From Candidatus Iainarchaeum sp. (GTDB lineage Archaea > Iainarchaeota > Iainarchaeia > Iainarchaeales > JAXPJC01), in NCBI GenBank assembly GCA_016187745.1, contig JACPJC010000007.1, positions 35,429-99,428 of the forward strand: a stretch of 64,000 nucleotides of DNA, given 5' to 3'. The notes beneath the pieces were generated by a model, which was not told the DNA's origin, searched no databases, and saw only the letters and a program-made list of their open reading frames with translations. This document shows positions 46,383 through 56,338 of the stretch, one piece after another (positions within the stretch are counted from its first letter, which is position 1; every line of letters begins with the position of its first letter). The position numbers and the translations under genes are program-made.

Positions 46383-49300
46383 CTATCTTCGTCTCATTAT
46401 GAGGAAGTAGTAGGCCGCCCCCGCTATTATTATGAGTATTACTGCAATTCCGCCAATAAGCGTCCAGTCTGGTCCTGCGGCTGCTGCCTCAGCAGCTTCG
46501 CACGCCCCATCAACGCAGCTTTCCCCTGATGCGCAATCAGCATCTGCTGTGCACTCAGCTTCAGGAGCAATTTCCACGCAGTCCCCTGCCGAGCATTCCA
46601 TATTGTCTCCGCAGGATGTGCCATCTGCTTTAGCAACATTGCTTACTGTGCCTGTTGTTTCGTCGCAGGAATCGGCAGTGCATGGATTTGAATCATCAGA
46701 ATCAACGCCATCGCACAGGCTCACTTCAGTTTCCTGCAGGTCTGCTACCACAGGCGCCTTATATGAAGCAATCGCATTGCTGTCAATCTGCTTCTGCACA
46801 GTGTATGTCACTGATGTTGTTTCCCCAGGAGCAATGCTCGGAACTGTGAATTCCACAACAGGATCATCCACAAGTATGGTGAATGCGAACTCGCTTGTAA
46901 TTTCAGTCGCGCTCAATGCAACGGTCTTCGGAATGGTTTCAATGACCTTCACATTCTCAAGATTCTTAGTGCCCGGGTTCTCAACCTTGAGTGTGATATT
47001 CGAGTAATAGGTTATTACATTGGTTGTTGAAGTGCTCTTTACTACTTGTATGTCGCGCACAACATTGCTCAGTTCCTCGGCTGCCTTTGCCCTTTCTATG
47101 GCAGCCTCTATTCCATCCGCAGGCGCAATAACTGAGAACGCATTGTAAAGTATCTCGGAAATTACATCCTCTGTCGGCGCATAAGGTGTTGTGTCAGTTG
47201 TTACGGTCTCTTCAGTCGGAGTGGTTGTAGGTGTTGTTGGCCCTGGTCCGCCGCTTGGACCGCTACTTGGCCCTGAAGTGCCTGTAGTGCTGCAGCTGCT
47301 TGTTCCGATTGTCTGGCTCTTCTCCGAGCTGTTAAGATCGGCATTATTTGTTGATTTAAGATACAGTGTATATTGCCTTCCGCATGCAAGGCTAGAGAAT
47401 GTATAGCTTGTATTTATCCCGTTATTAGTATAAAGTCCTGTACTATCAAGCCTTACCCAGAAGGCCTTTATTCCGCTCTGGCTGTCCGAGCCCCCATAGG
47501 TCATTATAATCTGCGAAGTTACTGTTGCCCCATCAATTGTTGGATAATTGATGGTTGCAGTTGGCGCTGAATTGTCAACATTGAAGCTGAACTGGCTGAC
47601 ATTCGCATCAGTTGCAAGCCAGCCGCCCTTGTTCTCGTTCAAATCAATCACAATATTGTAATTGCCATCAGCCAATGCGCTAGTGCTCCAGTCATATGAG
47701 CAGTTGGCATCAATTGCGCTGTTCTGGTCTGCCAAGTTAGTATCCTGCTTGCAGTTTGCCCTTGTTGCAAGATTCAGGTCATTTGTTATAAGCGTTCCAT
47801 AGCCATTGAACAGGTTATTGTCAGTGTCATAGTAAATGTCTGCGAGCAGGAAGTTCCCGTCTGATTTGTTGTAATCATACCAATCAGGGTCATTTACATT
47901 GAAATCAATCCTGTAAGTTCCGCTGATATATGAAGTTGCATCAAGAGGCCTGTATATTGTTGCTGTCGGCCTCCTGTCCTCAATAAATACTGTTCTCGGG
48001 GTATAAACCGCGCCGAAATTATTTGTGTCAATTCCTACATAGTATTCTCCCTTTATCCTTCCGGTCCTTCCCCCGACAAGCGCAACTGACATGTTTACAT
48101 CAGCGCTGCAGTTCATGTCCGAGCTGTTTCCATCAGTTCCCGGCCCTACATTGCCATCAAGGCCTCCAGCGCCGCGTGTATTGCAGAATGTCGGCTGGGT
48201 AACATTTGCGTCCAGGTTCAAATCAACCAAAAAGCGCGCCCTGTTTCCATCATACAAGTTAGCATCAATCCCGTTGTTCCTGTTGTTGTCAACATCAATA
48301 AATACAGTGAATTTGTTCATGTTGGACATTCTGTTTGTGTTTATGTTGTTCAGGTTGAAGTCATAGCGCATATTGAAATCAATTGTAAATACTAAGTTTG
48401 TGTCGCTCTTTCCGTCTCCCTGGGTGCCTGTGCCGTTAATCAATGCGGCCGGCGAGAGGACGCTTATCTTCGGGGTGTTGATAATTACATTATTGTCAGT
48501 TGAATCAATCAAGTAATTTGCGTAATTCCAGTCCATTACATTAAGGTCAATCCAGTACACTCCTGCAGGAACATTCGCATCCCAGGAGTATGAGCACACC
48601 TGTATTGTTGCAAGGTTAAGGTCGGAATCTGCGCAGCTTATGTTGCCATCTACGCCTGTATTGTTCAGGTAATCAAGTATGTTTGTGTCATCAACAATTA
48701 ATTTGTAGCCTGTTGTGTTGTTGTCAGAGTAGTAGAGTGCTGCCCTTCTCCTGTCCCTTGATTCATTCGTGTCCTGGAAATTGAATGTTATCAGTATGTT
48801 TCCATCAACTTTCCTGTAGATTGTTGTTCCGCCGTTCGGAGAAACAATATTCGCATCAAATGTAACCGTTCCATAGGTTGAGAATGTGCTTACCCTGAAG
48901 AATATGTTTCCGTCTTTTGTAACAGAGTTCCATACCCATGTAAGCTGGCCGTAAACATCCGTTGTGCTCGCGCTCACAGGGCTTGTTCCGTCCCTGTTCT
49001 TGCAGAACTGCACCGGGCACCTGAAGCCGTCCCTTGCAAGCACAGGCATCTGCCCCGAGGGGCTGCGCACATTAAGAAGCGTAATATTTGCATCAATTGC
49101 GAATTCTGGCATGCTTGCTGTGTCCATGCTTGCCTGTCCCTGCCTTCCCTGCATATTGGAATCATAGTTCCTGCTTGGGCCCTGGCCCATATTTACCCCT
49201 GAATTCATTGCAATATTCACATCATTGCCCATTGAGATTACAAGGTTACAGACGGAATTCATGTCTGAAATGTTCCCGTCGCGCATTGCCTGCGAGATTG

Positions 49301-50657
49301 TTATGTATTTGGCAATTTGTGTTGTGGAGCATGCTGCTGCGCTTCCGCTTGTTGTCAGTCCTGCAGAAGTAATTCCAACAACAACATTCTGGTCTGTTTC
49401 AGTCATTGTTACCGCAGGGAACGCGTGGAAGTTGGAATCTCCGCCAAACATGAATGCATCATTTATATCTACTACTCCAGAGCCGGGATTTGCAGCGCTG
49501 GTGCCTGAATATGCGTAGTTTACATCAATTACATCCCCATAAGCCCCGCCAATTGTTGCATCGCTAGGCACAAATATATTTACATCAAACCCTCCAGTCC
49601 TTACAACGCTATTCGGGCCGTTCCTGTAAAAGCCCCAATTTTTGTTTCCTGGGGTTTCAGGCACAAAGCCGTTTGTGTCGTTTGTATCAATGTGTACAAG
49701 CGTTCCATTGTTGTCCCTTGCCACTACGCCTTTGTTCTGGTCAGTGCCTCCGGTATTATAATCAGCCTTGGTATTCAAATCGTAAATGCTTCCATTGCCA
49801 TCAGCCCTCATATTCACATCTGTTCTTACAAGGCCATTGGTGCCTGTGCGCTTCCAGCCAATCCATACATTCGCATCCCTTGGGAAGCCCACTCCGCGCA
49901 GCATCACATTGTTGTCGCTTCTGCTGCCAAATGGCGCAAGGAAGCCAGAAAACCTGCCGCCTGCCCTAGTATTCAGCACAGCAATGTAAGGGGTAATGAA
50001 AATAGGCGTATTCATTTGTATCCTGCCTGCAGCATAGTTTATGTCTGTAAGGTAATTGCCAGTGTATGGCGCAGTGTTGTTCTTTAACCTATAAGCATAA
50101 ATGTACTTGTATCCTGGCTTTATCCATTTAGGCAAGACAAAATTTACATCAAACGAAACAGCAGGATTTCCAAAGCATGTTGAGCTTACTGCGCGTCTTG
50201 CCTGCACATAATAGCCTGCGAATTTTCCGCTTGCCTTGTAAGATACACCATTCAGGTCGCTGTTCAAATCCCCCTTAACGGCAAAGTTGTTTGAGTCATT
50301 CTGGGCATTTAAGTCTGCTGGGGCAAAAACATTCTCATCGCATAATCGGGCGCTTCCCGCCGTTACATTATTGCCATCGGCATTGTTATCTAGGATGTTC
50401 AAATCCCTTCCGCCCCAATAGTTTATGTCATCTGTTACATCATTAATGGTCCTGTTGGCATCAACAATGACAAACACAATGTTCTGGTCGCCCAAATCAT
50501 CTGGGTCAAAGTTGACTCCGCGGATGTTTACATTTGCATCGGCAGTGTAATAATTCGCATCAACAGTGTCAAAGGTTCCGTTGAATGCAGCGCCCGCATA
50601 GCTCAGCGCAACAAGTAGAATCGCAATTAGAATTGCAAATCTGCTAAAACTCCCCAT
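46383..50657 (-). CDS. Large D-x-N-rich cell-surface (S-layer-like) protein, 1424 aa
   Basis: Signal peptide (SYAGA), Asn/Asp-rich beta domains, Gly/Ser/Thr/Pro linker, Cys-rich repeats, C-terminal TM + RRR; T-rich terminator-like tract downstream. Confidence 0.9.
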   Translation of the reverse strand: MGSFSRFAILIAILLVALSYAGAAFNGTFDTVDANYYTADANVNIRGVNFDPDDLGDQNIVFVIVDANRTINDVTDDINYWGGRDLNILDNNADGNNVTAGSARLCDENVFAPADLNAQNDSNNFAVKGDLNSDLNGVSYKASGKFAGYYVQARRAVSSTCFGNPAVSFDVNFVLPKWIKPGYKYIYAYRLKNNTAPYTGNYLTDINYAAGRIQMNTPIFITPYIAVLNTRAGGRFSGFLAPFGSRSDNNVMLRGVGFPRDANVWIGWKRTGTNGLVRTDVNMRADGNGSIYDLNTKADYNTGGTDQNKGVVARDNNGTLVHIDTNDTNGFVPETPGNKNWGFYRNGPNSVVRTGGFDVNIFVPSDATIGGAYGDVIDVNYAYSGTSAANPGSGVVDINDAFMFGGDSNFHAFPAVTMTETDQNVVVGITSAGLTTSGSAAACSTTQIAKYITISQAMRDGNISDMNSVCNLVISMGNDVNIAMNSGVNMGQGPSRNYDSNMQGRQGQASMDTASMPEFAIDANITLLNVRSPSGQMPVLARDGFRCPVQFCKNRDGTSPVSASTTDVYGQLTWVWNSVTKDGNIFFRVSTFSTYGTVTFDANIVSPNGGTTIYRKVDGNILITFNFQDTNESRDRRRAALYYSDNNTTGYKLIVDDTNILDYLNNTGVDGNISCADSDLNLATIQVCSYSWDANVPAGVYWIDLNVMDWNYANYLIDSTDNNVIINTPKISVLSPAALINGTGTQGDGKSDTNLVFTIDFNMRYDFNLNNINTNRMSNMNKFTVFIDVDNNRNNGIDANLYDGNRARFLVDLNLDANVTQPTFCNTRGAGGLDGNVGPGTDGNSSDMNCSADVNMSVALVGGRTGRIKGEYYVGIDTNNFGAVYTPRTVFIEDRRPTATIYRPLDATSYISGTYRIDFNVNDPDWYDYNKSDGNFLLADIYYDTDNNLFNGYGTLITNDLNLATRANCKQDTNLADQNSAIDANCSYDWSTSALADGNYNIVIDLNENKGGWLATDANVSQFSFNVDNSAPTATINYPTIDGATVTSQIIMTYGGSDSQSGIKAFWVRLDSTGLYTNNGINTSYTFSSLACGRQYTLYLKSTNNADLNSSEKSQTIGTSSCSTTGTSGPSSGPSGGPGPTTPTTTPTEETVTTDTTPYAPTEDVISEILYNAFSVIAPADGIEAAIERAKAAEELSNVVRDIQVVKSTSTTNVITYYSNITLKVENPGTKNLENVKVIETIPKTVALSATEITSEFAFTILVDDPVVEFTVPSIAPGETTSVTYTVQKQIDSNAIASYKAPVVADLQETEVSLCDGVDSDDSNPCTADSCDETTGTVSNVAKADGTSCGDNMECSAGDCVEIAPEAECTADADCASGESCVDGACEAAEAAAAGPDWTLIGGIAVILIIIAGAAYYFLIMRRR

Positions 50658-50785
50658 TTATACTTCCCCACATTAATACAATCCTGAATTTCTTTAATTA
50701 ATAGGGCTATTGTATTTAAATACTTTTCTATTGAAAAAAACCAATTAACAAAAATAAAAATTGCAATTTATTTATTCAGTTGCGC

Positions 50786-52162
50786 TCATTCGATTGATTT
50801 CAGGAATTCCTTCTCTCTGCATCTGAAAATCTTTGCTATTACAATGAACGGGAACTGCATTATGAGCGTGTTGTACTTCAGCACTGTTTTGTTGTAAAAT
50901 CCCCGGAAGTATGCGATATTGTCCTCTATCAGTTTCAGCCTGTAGGCGAAATCCAAAAACACCTCATTCGCCCTAAGCTTTGGGTAGTTCTCAATTATTC
51001 CGAAAAGCGTTTTTGTTTTCCCCTCATTTTCAAGGTAGCTGCTGAATTTTTGGCCGAATTCCTCCCCCCTGATTCCCGCCCTTATGTTTGCTATCAGCTC
51101 CATAATTGTTTTTTCATATCCCGCATATGCCTTTGCGATATTCTCCAGCACCGGCACCAAATCATTCCTTTTCTTCAATTCAATCATTATCTGGCTCTCG
51201 GCATTCCTGCAGCGCTGGAGAAGCGCCACAATCCTGTTGTATATGCTGTAAATTATCCTGAAAAGGACAGCAAGGAAAATGATTATTACATACTCAAAGG
51301 GAATTTTGAACAGGTAATTCGCCATAAGAAAAAGAATTGCGCCGCCGATCAAAAAGATGAAATTTGATGTATAAAAGAAATTGTCCCCCTTTGCAAAATC
51401 CTCCAAGTAGGCTTCCTTTGTTTTCCTGCTTATTATCAGCGGGGTTTCGGAATGCTCTGCAATTATTTTTTTCCTGTCCTCCGAATAAACCCAGCCGTTT
51501 ACAAACACATTTTCCCCTTCCGTCAGGGCGTACTCGGACACCCTGCACTCTGCCCTGTGCCTGAAGATTATCCCCTGCTTTTCCTCCACTACAGGCGCAT
51601 GGAAGCACAGCTTTATTGCATCAACTTCGCTGTTGGAATAATCTATGAATCTGCTTCCCTTCATTTTTGGCAGCTTATAGCCTCCCAGAACGGAGTCAAT
51701 ATTCCTCAGGCTTATCCCGATGCTCCCTGATTTGTCGGCAACATCAAAGCCGATAAAATCCGACTTGTTCTCAATCACTTCCCAATGGGAGCTGTCCTTG
51801 GTTTTCACGAACTGCTCTTTTATGTAATGGTAAAAAACGCACGGCGCTTTCATATAGGGGCTTTCCAACAGCCTGCCCTTCGCCTTTATTGCCCCATAAA
51901 CCTGCGCAGGCATCCCATCGGTGCAGTAGCCTGCAGGGGAAATTGGCTGCCTTGCAATCCTGTAAAGCAATGAATCGGCACTCGCCCATGCCCTTGAATA
52001 ATAAAATGCCGCGCCAACAAAGAGCATTCCAACAACAAAGAACTTTGCTGTCATCACAGGCGCGCTGTAGCAGCCCTCGCAATCCTCATCCCCGGCAATC
52101 ACAACATAGAAAGAGACAATCACCAATATGGCAAATACTCCCCAAAAGTTTATTCTCTGCAT
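50786..52162 (-). CDS. GIDE-domain / LemA fusion membrane protein
   Basis: LESPY..APCVFYHY, VADKSG, EYALTEGENVFVNG, LIIS (GIDE-like). Then KRNDLVP, ENYPKLRANE, FYNKTVLKYN..FP (LemA). Confidence 0.85.
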   Translation of the reverse strand: MQRINFWGVFAILVIVSFYVVIAGDEDCEGCYSAPVMTAKFFVVGMLFVGAAFYYSRAWASADSLLYRIARQPISPAGYCTDGMPAQVYGAIKAKGRLLESPYMKAPCVFYHYIKEQFVKTKDSSHWEVIENKSDFIGFDVADKSGSIGISLRNIDSVLGGYKLPKMKGSRFIDYSNSEVDAIKLCFHAPVVEEKQGIIFRHRAECRVSEYALTEGENVFVNGWVYSEDRKKIIAEHSETPLIISRKTKEAYLEDFAKGDNFFYTSNFIFLIGGAILFLMANYLFKIPFEYVIIIFLAVLFRIIYSIYNRIVALLQRCRNAESQIMIELKKRNDLVPVLENIAKAYAGYEKTIMELIANIRAGIRGEEFGQKFSSYLENEGKTKTLFGIIENYPKLRANEVFLDFAYRLKLIEDNIAYFRGFYNKTVLKYNTLIMQFPFIVIAKIFRCREKEFLKSIE

Positions 52163-52244
52163 TTAATCCCGCCATCCAGAAATAAGTGCAAACCCCTATT
52201 TAAGCCTAATTAAAAATTCACCCAGAAAACAGGCAAATTAGGGC

Positions 52245-52433
52245 TTACTCTTCACTGCTTCTCGCGCTGTCGATGTATTTCTGCCTGCAGCGCTCGGAGC
52301 AGAAGCTCCGGTAATACAAATAGTTCCCATCGGCCTCAAGCGCCCTTCCGCACTCCATGCAGTATTTTTCCCTCTGCAGGGGAATCCTGCTTCTCGAGCT
52401 TGCGCTTTTTCTAAGATAAGGATTCAGATCCAT
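52245..52433 (-). CDS. Small zinc-ribbon protein (TRASH/DUF2116-like)
   Basis: CMECG...FCSERC; GGGGAG SD. Confidence 0.75.
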   Translation of the reverse strand: MDLNPYLRKSASSRSRIPLQREKYCMECGRALEADGNYLYYRSFCSERCRQKYIDSARSSEE

Positions 52434-52607
52434 GCTCTCCCCTATTTTATTTGATTAATTAGGAATATAAATAGTAATATAATAAGCGGCAGCCCTCCAA
52501 TGGGCCTTAAATGCGCCTTTGGGAGTTCTGTTTCCTAATGCTTTTGCCACCAAAAGTTAGAAAAGCGAAGGAAAAATTTATAATAAGGAGATAGTGTATA
52601 TAACAAT

Positions 52608-52704
52608 AGCGGGTAATTTATCACCCCGAATTCTCTGACGAAGACAAAAAGGCAAAGGAGGAAGGTTGGCGCTTGGGAGTGGCTGACTTTCCTCTCTGAT
52701 TTTT
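52608..52704 (+). ncRNA. Candidate small structured RNA, family unknown
   Basis: BRE/TATA-like gaaaaatttata at 52571-52582 with no plus-strand gene behind it; 14-bp stem 52657-52670/52682-52695 with G-U pairs; ends in a T-run. Confidence 0.35.
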
Positions 52705-53053
52705 AGGGAAAATCCAATAAATCGCCAATTCTCGCTTTCTTTCCGAGCCCTTCAGGCAGCTCCACAACATACTTTGCGGCGCGCTTCGGGGCATAATTCA
52801 GGGCGAATGGCCTCAGGCCCAGCGCCTTGTCAACCACTTGCTTTTTGGAATTAAGGAAAAGGACATCAATAGGATAGAAAACAAAAAGCATGTGTATTGC
52901 CGCCCCCAAGCGCGATTCCCGCGGCATGCAGAGAATCAGCGCATAATCCGGCCTGCGCGAAAACATCAGGCCGCGCATCCTCTGCGCACTGGTTTTTGCA
53001 AGTTTTGCCTTCCTGATTATCATTTTTCCCTTTGTTTTGTTTTCAAGTGGCAT
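52703..53053 (-). CDS. DUF192 family protein
   Basis: RMRGLMF, IHMLFVFYPIDVLFL, KYVVELPEG; start taken at MPLEN. Confidence 0.9.
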   Translation of the reverse strand: MPLENKTKGKMIIRKAKLAKTSAQRMRGLMFSRRPDYALILCMPRESRLGAAIHMLFVFYPIDVLFLNSKKQVVDKALGLRPFALNYAPKRAAKYVVELPEGLGKKARIGDLLDFP

Positions 53054-53230
53054 TTTTTTCCGCTCCGCTTGCAATGCAATGATTTTTAAATATTCAACGG
53101 CACAATCTAATTATATTTGCCATCATAAAAATTGCCTTTTTATATAAGCAACATTCCAATCATGTACCAGGATAAAATTATAAACAGGATAATATATATA
53201 ATTAGGCCTTGTGGATTTTAAAGTGGAAAA

Positions 53231-53929
53231 ATGGAGCTTAAATCAATCGCATTCATTCCCGACGGGAACAGGCGTTATGCGCAGAAGGCGCGCATCTCCC
53301 TTCTGGAATCATATAAGCTGGGAACGCAGAAGGCATGGGACGTGCTTGACTGGCTTGTGAAATATCCGCAGATAAAAGTCGGAACATTCTATACGCTCTC
53401 GCTTGAGAATTTCAGCAGGGGCAGGCTTGAGCTGCATGCGCTCTTCAAGATATTCGGGCGCGAGCTTGACGCAATAAATGAAAAGCCGATTGTTGAGGAG
53501 CAGAAAATTGCATTCAAATTCCTCGGCAGGCTTGATAAATTCCCTCAAAAACTGCAGGAGAAAATGCGCTCTGTGGAAGAGCAGACCTCACAAAACAAAA
53601 AGCACACTGTAAACCTTGCAATAGGCTACAACGGCCAGGCGGAAATTGTCGATGCCGCGAAAAGAATTGCCGAGCAATACAAAAACAACCGGCTTCAGCT
53701 CGAGAAAATTGATGAAAGCGCATTCAAGAATTATTTATATGGCAATTTCGCAGAGCCCGATTTGCTCATAAGGACCTCAGGAACCCAGCGCCTTTCCGGA
53801 TTTCTCACATACCAGAGCGCCTATTCCGAATTGTGCTTCATAAACAAGTTCTGGCCGGAGCTGGAGGAAAGCGACCTGGACTGCGCAATCGGGGATTTCG
53901 GCGAAAGGCAGAGACGGTTTGGCAAGTGA
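53231..53929 (+). CDS. uppS: cis-prenyltransferase (undecaprenyl/polyprenyl diphosphate synthase)
   Basis: IPDGNRRYA, LSLENF, IGYNG, PDLLIRTSG..RLSGFL.YQSAYSE, RRFGK. Confidence 0.96.
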   Translation: MELKSIAFIPDGNRRYAQKARISLLESYKLGTQKAWDVLDWLVKYPQIKVGTFYTLSLENFSRGRLELHALFKIFGRELDAINEKPIVEEQKIAFKFLGRLDKFPQKLQEKMRSVEEQTSQNKKHTVNLAIGYNGQAEIVDAAKRIAEQYKNNRLQLEKIDESAFKNYLYGNFAEPDLLIRTSGTQRLSGFLTYQSAYSELCFINKFWPELEESDLDCAIGDFGERQRRFGK

Positions 53930-53972
53930 ATATCTATTTTAATTTATTCCAACCTAATTTTATTGCATTAAA

Positions 53973-54045
53973 AGCCCCCTAGTATAGTGGCCAAGTATAC
54001 AAGGCTCTGGACCTTGGGACGAGAGTTCGAATCTCTCGGGGGCTA
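53973..54045 (+). tRNA. tRNA-Gln(CUG), intron-less, CCA not encoded
   Basis: Acceptor AGCCCCC/GGGGGCT (A1-U72), anticodon arm CAAGG-CTCTGGA-CCTTG, T arm GAGAG-TTCGAAT-CTCTC. Confidence 0.96.
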
Positions 54046-54048
54046 TTT

Positions 54049-55188
54049 TTATTTTATTGCCAATTTGAGCGCCAATCCCCAGAGAGAGGGGGTGCGCAGA
54101 AGCTTTGGGAGGAACTTGCTCGGCATGTCCATATCGCCATGCAATGAGAGGAAGTCTTCGGCCCTTGCCTTTCTGAGTTTTGCAAAAAGCGCATTAATGT
54201 CATTCTCATTCAGGGAATTGAAATAATTGCGCAATTTCCAGTGCATTGCCAATTCCTTATTTAATGCGCCAAGATTGCTTGAATAATTTGAAAGCGGGGC
54301 ATTGTTTTTGAGATGCTCGGAAATTGTTTTGTTCAATGCAAGGGAAGCAATGCAGCCCGTAATTATTCCCCCGCCTGTTGTCGCCTTTGTCTGCAATGCG
54401 CAGTCCCCAACCAACAAAACATTCCCCTTCAAGTTCTCTTTGAGCGGAGGACCAACAGGAACAATTCCCGCAAGCCTTGAATGCACATCGCTTATCTGCA
54501 GATTCGCTTTCCCCATGAATTCCTGCAGCGCCTCATTAGGGTTTTTGTTCCCGGAGCAGGCGATTCCAATGCGCGCAGTTTCAGAGCTTTCAGGAACAAC
54601 CCATGCAAAAAACCCAGGCGCAAAATTCCCGAAATGTAATTCAACAAAATCCTTGTCAAAACTTCCTTTTGCAGTTACTTGGTAAGCATGCAATAAATTT
54701 TCAGCGGCAACATTTATTCCGAGAATTTTCCTGATGTTCGAGTTTGCCCCATCAGCTCCAATTACTATTTTTGCCTTAAGCATTTCCCCCCTATTTTCGT
54801 GCTTTATGAAGAGCATTTCATTCCTTATGTCAATAAGGGATGTATTCAGCATTATTTTTGCATTGTGCTTTTTTGCTTCCGCATAAAGCGCCTTGTCCAG
54901 TTTTGCCCTATCCAGGACATAAGCAACAGATTTGTTTTTCTCAATCTTCAGGATTTGCCCATCGGGAGCGAACAATTTCGCGCCCCTCACTTCATTTACA
55001 GTGCATTCTTCAGTAGGGAGATGCAGCATTTCCGCCCCTGTTCTGCTTACCAATCCCGCGCACTGCACCGGCCTGCCGACTTCCCCGTGCTCCTCGATTA
55101 CGGTAACATCCCATCCGCTCTTGAGCAATTCAATTGCGGAATGCAGCCCCACCGCTCCGGCGCCAATAACTGCGATAGCATGCACCAC
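54049..55188 (-). CDS. Geranylgeranyl reductase family FAD oxidoreductase
   Basis: GAGAVG, PVQCAG, IGADGANS, FFAWVVP, VGDCA.Q.K.TTGGGI. Confidence 0.92.
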   Translation of the reverse strand: MVHAIAVIGAGAVGLHSAIELLKSGWDVTVIEEHGEVGRPVQCAGLVSRTGAEMLHLPTEECTVNEVRGAKLFAPDGQILKIEKNKSVAYVLDRAKLDKALYAEAKKHNAKIMLNTSLIDIRNEMLFIKHENRGEMLKAKIVIGADGANSNIRKILGINVAAENLLHAYQVTAKGSFDKDFVELHFGNFAPGFFAWVVPESSETARIGIACSGNKNPNEALQEFMGKANLQISDVHSRLAGIVPVGPPLKENLKGNVLLVGDCALQTKATTGGGIITGCIASLALNKTISEHLKNNAPLSNYSSNLGALNKELAMHWKLRNYFNSLNENDINALFAKLRKARAEDFLSLHGDMDMPSKFLPKLLRTPSLWGLALKLAIK

Positions 55189-55248
55189 CCTCTCATCCCC
55201 AAATTATAATTACGTTTATGTTTATTAGTTTATTGCTATGCTATTTTT

Positions 55249-55563
55249 ATGGTGTTTATGGATCCTGCCTCAATAATGCTGGGGATTGCCGCAATTGCGC
55301 TTGCTGTAAGCATTCCGGGCTATGCCCTTTCGCTTGCAATCTTCCCAAAAAAGGATGAGCTGGACATTTTCGAGAGGGCCGCGTTTTCATTCATTCTCTC
55401 AATTGCAGTTCCCGGAATTGCCCTGCTTGCGGGGAATATGCTTCTCGGCATCGGAATAAATTTTATTTCAGCCTCAATTGCCTACATTGCAATTGCCGCA
55501 ATAGGATTCATTGCATTCACACTGCGCTCTCGCGCATTGCTCCTGCAGGGGCTGAAACAATGA
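55249..55563 (+). CDS. DUF1616-like membrane protein
   Basis: IPGYALSLAIFP..ELDIFERAAFSF.LSIA. Confidence 0.8.
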   Translation: MVFMDPASIMLGIAAIALAVSIPGYALSLAIFPKKDELDIFERAAFSFILSIAVPGIALLAGNMLLGIGINFISASIAYIAIAAIGFIAFTLRSRALLLQGLKQ

Positions 55564-55955
55564 GAAACAGGATAAGGGCAGCAGTAAGGCAGCGCAAAGG
55601 GAAATCCACAGGGAAATGGAAAAGCCGCATAATGGCGCAGATCATTTCCTTTGAGAAAATGAAACACAAATTTGATGAAACCCACAGCAAAGTTGGCATG
55701 CTTGCGGAGAAGTGCGCCCGGCGCGGCTATTTCTCAAACTCAGATGAATTTTTTGCGCTCAATGACATGATAGACGCGCTGGACAGAATGAATAATGAAG
55801 GCAGGCAGGCAATAATGAAAATAAGGGAGTTTGAGCTGCAGCAGCCATATGAAAGGGAGACAAAAAGAATAGTTGGCGCAATAAGGACTACATCCGGCCT
55901 GAGAAAAAATTATGAAAAAGCGCTCAGGTTCAAGCCGCGGAAAGTGGTGCTATGA
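55560..55955 (+). CDS. Basic helical hypothetical protein
   Basis: ATGA overlaps with both neighbours. Confidence 0.65.
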   Translation: MRNRIRAAVRQRKGKSTGKWKSRIMAQIISFEKMKHKFDETHSKVGMLAEKCARRGYFSNSDEFFALNDMIDALDRMNNEGRQAIMKIREFELQQPYERETKRIVGAIRTTSGLRKNYEKALRFKPRKVVL

Positions 55956-56323
55956 GGCGAAGGCAGCTGGCAAAGGCGGCAAAGCTGAAAATTACAGCAG
56001 GGCGCAATATAAAGTTCCAGATTGAATCGCTCACTGAAAAGAAAATGGCGTGGAGCAATCTGCGCAATGCAAGCGCAAAGATGCTTGATTTGATACGCAA
56101 CAGGGGCTTCGCCGCTTCGGATGAAGAGCGCAGTCTTGTAAGAAAGCTGATCAGCCGCACTGACGCCATACAAAAGAGATGCCAGGGCGCAATTGCACTG
56201 ATAAAGGAATTCAATGAGGAAAAGCCGCATTCAGCAGACCTGCAGGAACTGCAGAGGGAAATGGGAACTGCAGCCAGCCTTAAGAATTATTACATGGAAT
56301 TTCTCAGGCGCAATAGAAACTAG
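55952..56323 (+). CDS. Basic helical hypothetical protein
   Basis: ATGA overlap; GGTG SD. Confidence 0.65.
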   Translation: MRRRQLAKAAKLKITAGRNIKFQIESLTEKKMAWSNLRNASAKMLDLIRNRGFAASDEERSLVRKLISRTDAIQKRCQGAIALIKEFNEEKPHSADLQELQREMGTAASLKNYYMEFLRRNRN

Positions 56324-56338
56324 CGGATTTGCAGTTAA

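Noticed and set aside
52635-52699. Hammerhead ribozyme, C/D-box sRNA or RNase P identity for the candidate RNA
   Set aside because: CTGACGA has no stem II plus GAAA, there is no 5' RTGATGA box or closing stem, and GAGGAAGG lacks the rest of the RNase P core.
53973-54045. tRNA as an integration site
   Set aside because: No duplicated tRNA 3' end or integrase seen; the flanks are housekeeping lipid genes.
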